The translations under genes were made by a program, and so were the position numbers. Below the pieces are notes generated by a model, which was given only the letters and a program-made list of their open reading frames with translations, did not search any database and had not been told where the DNA came from. Of a stretch of DNA of 35,282 bases, positions 1 through 5,235 are shown piece by piece (within the stretch, counting starts at the first letter, position 1; every line of letters starts with the position of its first letter). The stretch comes from an uncultured Candidatus Saccharibacteria bacterium (GTDB lineage Bacteria > Patescibacteriota > Minisyncoccia > Phycocordibacterales > UBA9973): positions 1-35,282 of the forward strand of contig CAZQAX010000003.1 in NCBI GenBank assembly GCA_964591475.1, read 5' to 3'.

Positions 1-23
1 ATCTGATCTCTCAATTTTTACTA

Positions 24-52
24 AAGCCACTATTTAATTAGTGGCTTTTTTA
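24..52 (+). terminator. intrinsic terminator of the upstream (off-window) gene
   Basis: AGCCACTA/TAGTGGCT stem plus T-run. Confidence 0.75.
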
Positions 53-97
53 TTTCCTTAAAATACTCAGTCGAACTTCATCCCAAGTTCGGAGCAC
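47..97 (+). repeat. cassette boundary repeat, copy 1 (inverted repeat 71-92)
   Basis: TTTTTATTTCCTTAAAATACTCAGTCGAACTTCATCCCAAGTTCGGAGC immediately after terminator 24-52. Confidence 0.85.
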
Positions 98-126
98 TTG
101 ACAATTTAATAAATATACCTTATTAT
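98..126 (+). promoter_or_regulatory. class-A cassette promoter TTGACA-17-TATTAT
   Basis: Hexamers read directly at 98-103 and 121-126. Confidence 0.65.
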
Positions 127-152
127 ATAAACAAATAAGGCTCTTTAATATT

Positions 153-209
153 GGTTTTATTTAGGTTACCAAAGCAGGTCAAATTGGCCTTTTGTGGCAA
201 CTTAAATAT
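153..209 (+). promoter_or_regulatory. conserved 57-nt structured leader, copy 1
   Basis: Differs from 1317-1373 at 2 positions. Nested hairpins: outer 163-171/195-203, inner 176-180/186-190. Confidence 0.55.
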
Positions 210-220
210 AACTAAACAAG

Positions 221-547
221 ATGAAAAAGAATTATTTTTGGATGAGTATATCTCATTGGTTGGGTTTACCAATAACAATTACATTAGATAATAAAACAGA
301 GCGTGGGTATCTTTCTACGCCAAAAAATCAATCCGGAAATTTTTATTTGCATAATCGAAAAGATTCAAACCTGCTGTTAACAGGTAAAGCATCTGATGTA
401 ACCAGGGTTTCTCTTGCGCACCCAATACTGCAAGATGCCTGGGCTTTTTGTACAGATCCAGATGCTAGGGAGGTTTCAATCTTTAAACATCCAAGCGGTA
501 GGCCAATGTCTATTCGTGAGGCAAAACAAAAAGGACTAATACCTTAG
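221..547 (+). CDS. hypothetical small protein, cassette 1 (108 aa)
   Basis: ATG ORF from track. Own promoter at 98-126 and conserved leader. T-run follows the stop. No family recognised. Confidence 0.6.
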   Translation: MKKNYFWMSISHWLGLPITITLDNKTERGYLSTPKNQSGNFYLHNRKDSNLLLTGKASDVTRVSLAHPILQDAWAFCTDPDAREVSIFKHPSGRPMSIREAKQKGLIP

Positions 548-560
548 TGTTATAAAAATT

Positions 561-604
561 CCAGTTTACAAAACTAGTACGACGTATGTCTGCTGGTTTT
601 TTTT
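561..604 (+). terminator. weak hairpin plus T8 after cassette 1
   Basis: Only a 4-5 bp long-range stem (CCAG/CTGG). T8 at 597-604. Confidence 0.35.
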
Positions 605-650
605 ATTTCCCTAAAACGCTTATTCGAACTTCATCCCAAGTTCGGAGCCT
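597..650 (+). repeat. cassette boundary repeat, copy 2 (inverted repeat 624-645)
   Basis: Same consensus. TCGAACTT-CATCCC-AAGTTCGG is intact. Confidence 0.85.
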
Positions 651-651
651 C

Positions 652-685
652 AAAAAATAGCCTTATTCTGTAAGGTTATTTTTTA
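652..685 (+). terminator. intrinsic terminator between boundary copy 2 and promoter B1
   Basis: 10-bp stem 656-665/671-680, T-run. Confidence 0.7.
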
Positions 686-724
686 TTACCGTACTTAGAA
701 AATATTGTAAAGTTCGAACCTATT

Positions 725-752
725 TTGACATTTCTTGTGAATAATGTAGTAT
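725..752 (+). promoter_or_regulatory. class-B cassette promoter TTGACA-16-TG-TAGTAT
   Basis: 725-730 and 745-752. Same architecture at 1795, 2325 and 2868. Confidence 0.65.
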
Positions 753-778
753 ATTAGTAAATTAAATTAGTGTAAATT

Positions 779-1132
779 ATGTCAGTAGCACAAGCCCAAG
801 GAATTGTTCGCACCAGATTAGCTGAAGAAAAAAGAAAAGTTATTCTTGCTCAAATGCCTGAAAATATTCAGAACTTATGGAAAGAGTATAGAAGTCTCGG
901 TCACCCATACTATACGAGCAGTATGATTGAAAAGTTTATTATATATGTTGCTGCCCTGTATCTTGGAGTATTGCTTTTACTTAAGGGTAGGAAAATTAAA
1001 ATTAGGGAAATCTACCTTGATTTTTTGCAGCATATTGAAACTTCAAACAACAACATTAAAGAATTCTCTAAAAAGCCCGATATTCAATTGGTGATTAAGG
1101 CTTTTAAGGATAATAATGTTGCCTGGATATAA
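779..1132 (+). CDS. hypothetical small protein with one central TM segment, cassette 2 (117 aa)
   Basis: ATG ORF. Class-B promoter at 725-752, terminator at 1158-1182. Hydrophobic stretch FIIYVAALYLGVLLLL. Confidence 0.6.
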   Translation: MSVAQAQGIVRTRLAEEKRKVILAQMPENIQNLWKEYRSLGHPYYTSSMIEKFIIYVAALYLGVLLLLKGRKIKIREIYLDFLQHIETSNNNIKEFSKKPDIQLVIKAFKDNNVAWI

Positions 1133-1157
1133 AAATATAGATATCCTAAAAATTACT

Positions 1158-1182
1158 AACCCGTCAAATGGCGGGTTTTTTT
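1158..1182 (+). terminator. terminator of cassette 2
   Basis: CCCGTC/GGCGGG stem, T7. Confidence 0.8.
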
Positions 1183-1260
1183 ATTTCTCTAAAATACTCA
1201 ATCGAACTTCATCCCAAATTACCACTTTGCTAAGGCTACATCGGTACACAGTCGGAGAAG
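1176..1260 (+). repeat. cassette boundary repeat, copy 3, right arm displaced by a ~33-nt insertion (about 1218-1250)
   Basis: Left arm and loop are intact at 1202-1215. ..GTCGGAG resumes at 1251. Confidence 0.75.
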
Positions 1261-1262
1261 TA

Positions 1263-1291
1263 TTGACTTTTAAGGTAAAATATGCTATCAT
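1263..1291 (+). promoter_or_regulatory. class-A cassette promoter TTGACT-17-TATCAT
   Basis: 1263-1268 and 1286-1291. Aligns with 98-126. Confidence 0.65.
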
Positions 1292-1316
1292 ATACGCAAT
1301 AAGGTCTTTTAAATAT

Positions 1317-1373
1317 GGTTTTATTTAGGTTGCCAAAGCAGGTCAATTTGGCCTTTTGTGGCAACTTAAATAT
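1317..1373 (+). promoter_or_regulatory. conserved 57-nt structured leader, copy 2
   Basis: Same as 153-209. The outer stem is fully paired here (G at 1332 versus A at 168). Confidence 0.55.
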
Positions 1374-1382
1374 CACTATAAT

Positions 1383-1715
1383 ATGAAAATAGAACCCACT
1401 ATTCCTGTCCTATACACTGTATCCATTGCATCAAGCAAGTTTAGTAAATTATTCTTTGTATCCCGAATTCCTACACCTAATGAAAAAGAACACATATCGG
1501 TAGGTGTTGATTTACCTGAATTAGATTACATAAAGGTTCAATCAGTAAGACAGAATCTGCATAATATCTACAATCGTACGCGGGCAGACAATTATGAAAA
1601 CCGCCCAATCGATGAGGTCTTTGCTGTATTAGTAGAATATAGACCAAATGAAGAAACACGGGAAAGGGTTAAGAAACAGCTAATAGAAAAAGGCTGGAAG
1701 TCGTCCGGTAAGTAA
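1383..1715 (+). CDS. hypothetical small protein, cassette 3 (110 aa)
   Basis: The track ORF starts at TTG 1356. I chose ATG 1383 because it sits at the same position after the conserved leader as ATG 221 in cassette 1. Terminator at 1737-1775. Confidence 0.55.
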   Translation: MKIEPTIPVLYTVSIASSKFSKLFFVSRIPTPNEKEHISVGVDLPELDYIKVQSVRQNLHNIYNRTRADNYENRPIDEVFAVLVEYRPNEETRERVKKQLIEKGWKSSGK

Positions 1716-1736
1716 TCTTTAAATTATAAAACATAT

Positions 1737-1775
1737 AAAGCCCTTCAGAATATTAGTAATCTGAAGGGCTTTTTT
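1737..1775 (+). terminator. terminator of cassette 3
   Basis: 10-bp stem GCCCTTCAGA/TCTGAAGGGC, T5. Confidence 0.85.
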
Positions 1776-1794
1776 ATTTCTCTAAAACTCACCT
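1770..1794 (+). repeat. cassette boundary repeat, truncated copy (no inverted repeat)
   Basis: TTTTTTATTTCTCTAAAACTCACC then runs directly into the -35. Confidence 0.6.
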
Positions 1795-1822
1795 TTGACA
1801 TTTGGTGTAAATAATGTAGTAT
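1795..1822 (+). promoter_or_regulatory. class-B cassette promoter
   Basis: TTGACA 1795-1800, TG-TAGTAT 1815-1822. Confidence 0.65.
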
Positions 1823-1874
1823 TTGAGTAAATTAAATCAGATGATCCGACTGAATAAAACGGTACGTACTATAT

Positions 1875-2267
1875 ATGGAAACAACAATAAAATTTTACAT
1901 CAGTAAACAAAGGGGAAGCAAAGAACTTGGTTTTTATTTTTTTATTAAAACCAGTGCCCAAGAGAGTCGTACTTGCTATCTTTCAAAAAAAGAAAATCTT
2001 GCAAGTGTTATTAAAGATTTGTTTAATTCTTCAGTGAATAAACTTAATCCAGAAATAGATTATTTCAAGTTTAAGACTGTTTATAATATTGAATCATATA
2101 CAACTGGAAACGCAATTTTCGTCGTAGGAGAAGTTTTAAAAAAAAGGGAGCTCTTGTTTTTAAACGATTCGGTAATAGAAGTTAAGCCAATGCTTGAAGA
2201 GGATATAGATCTTTTTAACGAAGCTTTTGAAAGCTTACGCAATGGTAGTTTTGTTAAGACTTTGTAA
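1875..2267 (+). CDS. hypothetical small protein, cassette 4 (130 aa)
   Basis: ATG ORF. Class-B promoter at 1795-1822, hairpin terminator at 2276-2306. Confidence 0.6.
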   Translation: METTIKFYISKQRGSKELGFYFFIKTSAQESRTCYLSKKENLASVIKDLFNSSVNKLNPEIDYFKFKTVYNIESYTTGNAIFVVGEVLKKRELLFLNDSVIEVKPMLEEDIDLFNEAFESLRNGSFVKTL

Positions 2268-2275
2268 ATTTATAT

Positions 2276-2306
2276 AAAGGCTGTTCACAAAAGTTCAGCC
2301 TTTTAT
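2276..2306 (+). terminator. terminator of cassette 4
   Basis: AAAGGCTG/CAGCCTTT stem, interrupted T-tract. Confidence 0.6.
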
Positions 2307-2333
2307 TATTGCGAATTTCTACCTTTGACATTT
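2298..2333 (+). repeat. 36-nt terminator-to-promoter junction, copy 1
   Basis: GCCTTTTATTATTGCGAATTTCTACCTTTGACATTT, identical to 2841-2876. Confidence 0.9.
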
Positions 2334-2352
2334 TGGTTAAATAATGTAGTAT
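2325..2352 (+). promoter_or_regulatory. class-B cassette promoter
   Basis: TTGACA 2325-2330, TG-TAGTAT 2345-2352. Confidence 0.65.
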
Positions 2353-2377
2353 TTACTTGAATTTAAACGTACAAAAG

Positions 2378-2812
2378 ATGGAAAAACAAGAAATAGAATT
2401 TGAAGATTTTAAAGATACTTTAGTAAAGCATCGCACAGCATTGAAGGCAAGAGAAAAAGGATTTTATTGCATAACTCCTCACAGATTCTTAAATGAAAAA
2501 CAAATTGTAGGCGGGTGGATAGGTGGTAATACGCCAGAACCATCAAAAGAACAAATTGAGATTTATTTATCAAACCCAGAAGAATTACTGATTGCTCCAA
2601 CTGCGGGTGTTTTACATCAGTGGTTAAAAAGAATCCATAATATTTCAGTGCATACTGAGCCTGTTTATTCAGGTGTTCCTAAAATAGGCACGATATTTCA
2701 GGCTTATTTATTTTTTGAAAAAACAAAACGTGTAGATTTTACAAATGCCTACGCAGATGAAGCAGAAGCGTTTGAGGCTGGTATCTACGAGGCTCTTCAT
2801 AGGTTACCTTAA
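2378..2812 (+). CDS. hypothetical small protein, cassette 5 (144 aa)
   Basis: The track ORF starts at TTG 2357, which lies at or upstream of the predicted TSS of promoter 2325-2352. First ATG at 2378 preferred. Terminator at 2815-2850. Confidence 0.6.
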   Translation: MEKQEIEFEDFKDTLVKHRTALKAREKGFYCITPHRFLNEKQIVGGWIGGNTPEPSKEQIEIYLSNPEELLIAPTAGVLHQWLKRIHNISVHTEPVYSGVPKIGTIFQAYLFFEKTKRVDFTNAYADEAEAFEAGIYEALHRLP

Positions 2813-2814
2813 TA

Positions 2815-2850
2815 AAGGAGGCTGTTCGTACAAACGTTCGGCCTTTTATT
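2815..2850 (+). terminator. terminator of cassette 5
   Basis: AGGCTGTTCG/CGTTCGGCCT imperfect stem, TTTTATT. Confidence 0.6.
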
Positions 2851-2876
2851 ATTGCGAATTTCTACCTTTGACATTT
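2841..2876 (+). repeat. 36-nt terminator-to-promoter junction, copy 2
   Basis: Identical to 2298-2333. Confidence 0.9.
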
Positions 2877-2895
2877 GGTTTAAATACTGTAGTAT
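2868..2895 (+). promoter_or_regulatory. class-B cassette promoter
   Basis: TTGACA 2868-2873, TG-TAGTAT 2888-2895. Confidence 0.65.
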
Positions 2896-2919
2896 TTGGT
2901 TAAATTAAATGTATAGAAA

Positions 2920-3351
2920 ATGAAACTAGTACCTATTGTTTTAATAAACGGTAAGACCGTTAATCTTCCAACGGAGGTCGAAATCGCTAATTTTAGAAAT
3001 CACCTTGGTGGAGCAAGAGCTTGGTTTTTTGATAATGGTTTAGAAAAAAATATTCCATATGTAATTAAACAGTACAATGTCCGCACAGGATTAGATCACG
3101 AGATTTTACAGGAAAAGTATTTTTTAAAAAAGATTTCTTGTCCTAAAAACTCTATGCTACTTGGGGTGTTGTTTGACAAAGAATACAACCCTAATTTTTT
3201 CTTACTTGAACCAGAGGGTGAAGGCGTAAGTCAAACATTATGTATTGTTTTAGTTAATGAAGAAGAAGAGGTTCCTGACGATTATGCTTATCACTCTACA
3301 TCACTAAAGCCCAATTTCGACACAAAACATTGTGTTTACAAAATTGAGTAA
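2920..3351 (+). CDS. hypothetical small protein, cassette 6 (143 aa)
   Basis: ATG ORF. Class-B promoter at 2868-2895, terminator at 3369-3399. Confidence 0.6.
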   Translation: MKLVPIVLINGKTVNLPTEVEIANFRNHLGGARAWFFDNGLEKNIPYVIKQYNVRTGLDHEILQEKYFLKKISCPKNSMLLGVLFDKEYNPNFFLLEPEGEGVSQTLCIVLVNEEEEVPDDYAYHSTSLKPNFDTKHCVYKIE

Positions 3352-3368
3352 AAAATCAATTACCTTAA

Positions 3369-3399
3369 GGGCTTGTCATTATATGGCAGGCCTTTTTTA
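3369..3399 (+). terminator. terminator of cassette 6
   Basis: 8-bp stem with two G-U pairs, T6. Confidence 0.75.
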
Positions 3400-3445
3400 T
3401 TTGCCTTCCAATATACTCAGTCGAACCTCATCCCAAGTTCGGGGT
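3393..3445 (+). repeat. cassette boundary repeat, copy 5 (inverted repeat 3421-3442, one mismatch)
   Basis: TTTTTTATTTGCCTTCCAATATACTCAGTCGAACCTCATCCCAAGTTCGGGG. Confidence 0.8.
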
Positions 3446-3451
3446 CGTGTA

Positions 3452-3481
3452 TTGACAAGGGGGTGATAATTATGTTATCTT
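3452..3481 (+). promoter_or_regulatory. class-A-like cassette promoter TTGACA-18-TATCTT
   Basis: Aligns with the 98-126 and 1263-1291 promoters and is preceded by the boundary repeat. Confidence 0.5.
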
Positions 3482-3544
3482 TATAAAAGATTTACTTAAC
3501 CTGGTAGCCTGAGGGATTGTCCCAAAACGGCTGAACGAATTTGT

Positions 3545-3762
3545 AAAAAACTTTGTTTTACACAAAGACACATTGGACGCAGGTAAGGTTGTTTTTTATA
3601 GTTTAGACTTTTTACGCAGTTTTTGCCTAAGGAACAAAAAGTGGCCGAGTCGAAAATAGCTAAACGTTTTGTAAGGGAGTCATAGATGTTTTTATTAATG
3701 TTAGCGCTAACGCTAATACTGACACTAAGACTAAAGCCTAATAAAACCAAAAAAACAGTTGG
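3545..3762 (-). ncRNA. speculative antisense RNA opposite the small ORF and its SD
   Basis: Minus-strand TTGACC (3793-3798)-17-TATTTT (3770-3775). Minus-specific hairpin CTTTGT/ACAAAG plus T6 at 3545-3567. All signals are weak. Confidence 0.2.
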
Positions 3763-3787
3763 ATCCATAAAAATAATAAGGCTCTGA
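3686..3787 (+). CDS. candidate 33-aa hydrophobic/basic peptide MFLLMLALTLILTLRLKPNKTKKTVGSIKIIRL (type I toxin-like)
   Basis: Hand-translated; below the track length cutoff. AAGGGAG at 3673-3679 lies 6 nt before the ATG. Hydrophobic N-terminal half and Lys-rich tail. Sits inside a promoter-to-terminator unit with no long + strand ORF. Confidence 0.3.
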   Translation: MFLLMLALTLILTLRLKPNKTKKTVGSIKIIRL

Positions 3788-3807
3788 CAATAGGTCAACC
3801 TCTACGA

Positions 3808-3840
3808 AAAGCCTCGAAACCTTAATCGGGGCTTTTTTTA
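3808..3840 (+). terminator. terminator of cassette 7
   Basis: AGCCTCGA/TCGGGGCT stem, T7. Confidence 0.8.
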
Positions 3841-3860
3841 TTTTCCCTTAAAATATGTAT
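3833..3860 (+). repeat. cassette boundary repeat, truncated terminal copy
   Basis: TTTTTTTATTTTCCCTTAAAATATG after terminator 3808-3840. The array ends here. Confidence 0.55.
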
Positions 3861-3874
3861 TTAATTATATAAAT

Positions 3875-3901
3875 AAAAAGGCAACGTAATGTTGCCTTTT
3901 T
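3875..3901. terminator. bidirectional hairpin (serves the 260-aa minus-strand gene)
   Basis: A5-GGCAAC-loop-GTTGCC-T5. Confidence 0.75.
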
Positions 3902-3907
3902 GATGTC

Positions 3908-4690
3908 TTACTTTACCTTTTTAAAGTATTCATTAATTACTTCAATTTTGGGAAAGTTTAGAATTACGTTGTACCGGTCAGTTTTCTGAGCGTTTTCCCA
4001 AAGAAAATTGGTTAAAATAACTTCCTGCTGGGCTTGATCAGAATCTCTTATAATAAATGATCTACGTAATGTTATTGCCAGGGTGTAACCGTTTAGTTCT
4101 ATTGAAAAATCCTCAATATTCTCATTTGGTCTTTTGCCAGCAAAATCAGTTTGTTTGGTTCGGGTGAAATGTTCCTCAAGTTCGCGGGCTATATTAATCA
4201 AGCCATTTTCTTGATCAAGAGCCTCATTGTCCCATTGTAGGTACGTGAAGTGAAATGAATGATTGAATTCATCGGAATGAATAATCTGAAAATCATTGCT
4301 TAGTTGTTCAATCTCTACAGTTACTCTGTTTCTGAATCCAAATCTTGCATATACATAATTTGGGGTACCAAAACGGGCGTAGTGTTTGTTAACCACCCAC
4401 ATTAGTGGGTAATTTTCTTGACTATGAAGTATGGTCGACAGTTCGTCAGCCAAAGGGTAAGAGTCTTTTAAATACAAGTTAATGTTTTTGCCAGCAATTT
4501 TTTCAGGTGTTGGCAAAAGTTGGGCAATAAAGTGCATTATAATAGAACTATCTGGAAGTTCGCCAAAGATTTTGTAATCAAATTCTTTTGCCGTCCACAT
4601 TGCCGGTGAGAAAATATTATTTTCATCTACCTCAGGGATTAGTATTAGAAAGTCTCCAATACTGATTTTCGCGTAGTTTGTGTTTGTCAT
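3908..4690 (-). CDS. hypothetical protein (260 aa)
   Basis: Long ATG ORF with hairpin 3875-3901 downstream. No family recognised, no SD. Confidence 0.7.
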   Translation of the reverse strand: MTNTNYAKISIGDFLILIPEVDENNIFSPAMWTAKEFDYKIFGELPDSSIIMHFIAQLLPTPEKIAGKNINLYLKDSYPLADELSTILHSQENYPLMWVVNKHYARFGTPNYVYARFGFRNRVTVEIEQLSNDFQIIHSDEFNHSFHFTYLQWDNEALDQENGLINIARELEEHFTRTKQTDFAGKRPNENIEDFSIELNGYTLAITLRRSFIIRDSDQAQQEVILTNFLWENAQKTDRYNVILNFPKIEVINEYFKKVK

Positions 4691-4794
4691 AGCTTTTGTT
4701 TTTTGGGGTACTATTTAATATCGAGATATCGATAAGTTTTAATTAATCTACCAGGGTTATGTAGATTTGTCAAAATCGCCCTTACTCAATCTTG

Positions 4795-4803
4795 TGTTAA
4801 AAT
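4795..4803 (+). promoter_or_regulatory. extended -10 TGtTAAAAT, 8 nt before ATG 4812 (leaderless)
   Basis: Read directly. Confidence 0.55.
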
Positions 4804-4811
4804 TAAATGAT

Positions 4812-5201
4812 ATGAAATCAAAAAGTGAAAAATATGTTGACGGGTTCGTAATACCAATTAAAAAGAAGGATGTAGCTGCTTATAAAAAAATGGCCGAGTG
4901 GGGTAGAGATTCTTGGATGAAACACGGGGCTTTGCAGTATTTTGAATGTATAGGCGATGATTTAAAAGTTAAAAAAGGTATGGGTCTTGGTTTTGGTAAA
5001 CTTGCCGGGCTTAAACCTAATGAAACAGTTATATTTTCATATATTGTTTTTAAATCCAAAGCTCACCGTGACGCAGTAAACAAAAAAGTGATGAAAGAAA
5101 TGGATAGCCCCGAAAATAGAAAAAGATATGAAAACTTCCCAATGCCTTTTGATATGAACAGATTTGCATATGGTGGTTTCAAAACAATTGTAGAGGCTTA
5201 A
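4812..5201 (+). CDS. DUF1428 (YbaA-like) family protein
   Basis: N-terminal YVDGFV..P, HGAL.Y.EC.GDD and KS.AHRD.VN.KVM motifs match my recollection of DUF1428. ATG 4812 lies 8 nt after TGtTAAAAT; the track start TTG 4767 is rejected. Confidence 0.7.
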   Translation: MKSKSEKYVDGFVIPIKKKDVAAYKKMAEWGRDSWMKHGALQYFECIGDDLKVKKGMGLGFGKLAGLKPNETVIFSYIVFKSKAHRDAVNKKVMKEMDSPENRKRYENFPMPFDMNRFAYGGFKTIVEA

Positions 5202-5206
5202 TAGAA

Positions 5207-5232
5207 TTAAAAAAGCACCCAATAGGGCGCTT
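5207..5232 (-). terminator. terminator of 5236-5745
   Basis: The stem is complete on the minus strand (G-U) but has an A-C mismatch on the plus strand. T6 is on the minus strand. Confidence 0.65.
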
Positions 5233-5235
5233 TAC

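Larger units (their letters stand above)
3488..3840 (+). ncRNA. cassette-7 transcript: ~200-nt leader, 33-codon ORF, terminator (ncRNA or small-peptide mRNA)
   Basis: Bounded by promoter 3452-3481 and terminator 3808-3840. No + strand ORF of 60 aa or more. Local hairpins at 3499-3528 and 3551-3567. The 5' end is inferred, not observed. Confidence 0.4.

Noticed and set aside
71-92. Boundary hairpin as a tRNA fragment or att site
   Set aside because: An 8-bp stem with a CATCCC loop does not match a T-arm (5-bp stem, TTCRANY loop), and no acceptor sequence follows.
1116-1328. 70-aa + strand ORF spanning the cassette 2/3 junction
   Set aside because: It runs through a terminator hairpin, the boundary repeat and the next promoter, so it is an intergenic artefact.
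3499-3528. Possible riboswitch in the cassette-7 leader (nested stems TAGCC..GGCTG around GGGA-TTG-TCCC)
   Set aside because: I compared it from memory with the fluoride, guanidine-I/II/III, preQ1, ZTP and yybP consensus sequences and found no convincing match. It is left as unexplained structure only.
3706-3744. tmRNA-like tag reading frame GCT AAC GCT AAT ACT GAC ACT AAG ACT AAA GCC TAA TAA (ANANTDTKTKA followed by a double stop)
   Set aside because: I found no tRNA-like acceptor/T-arm (GGTTCGAnTCC..CCA) and no 5' GGGG-type acceptor strand within several hundred nt on either side. The segment downstream of the stops is too short for tmRNA pseudoknots. This is probably coincidence in the alternative frame of the small ORF.
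3496-3798. 100-aa minus-strand ORF from the track
   Set aside because: Its ATG sits on top of the only minus-strand promoter-like signal. It has no SD or leaderless -10. It would have to be transcribed through the strong + strand terminator at 3808-3840. The region is framed by + strand cassette signals. It is kept only as an alternative under the cassette-7 finding.
1-3860. Integron-type gene cassette array
   Set aside because: There is no integrase in the window. The cassettes carry their own promoters. The repeated hairpin lacks the RYYYAAC/GTTRRRY attC core sites and has a short symmetric 8-6-8 form rather than the extrahelical-base attC architecture.
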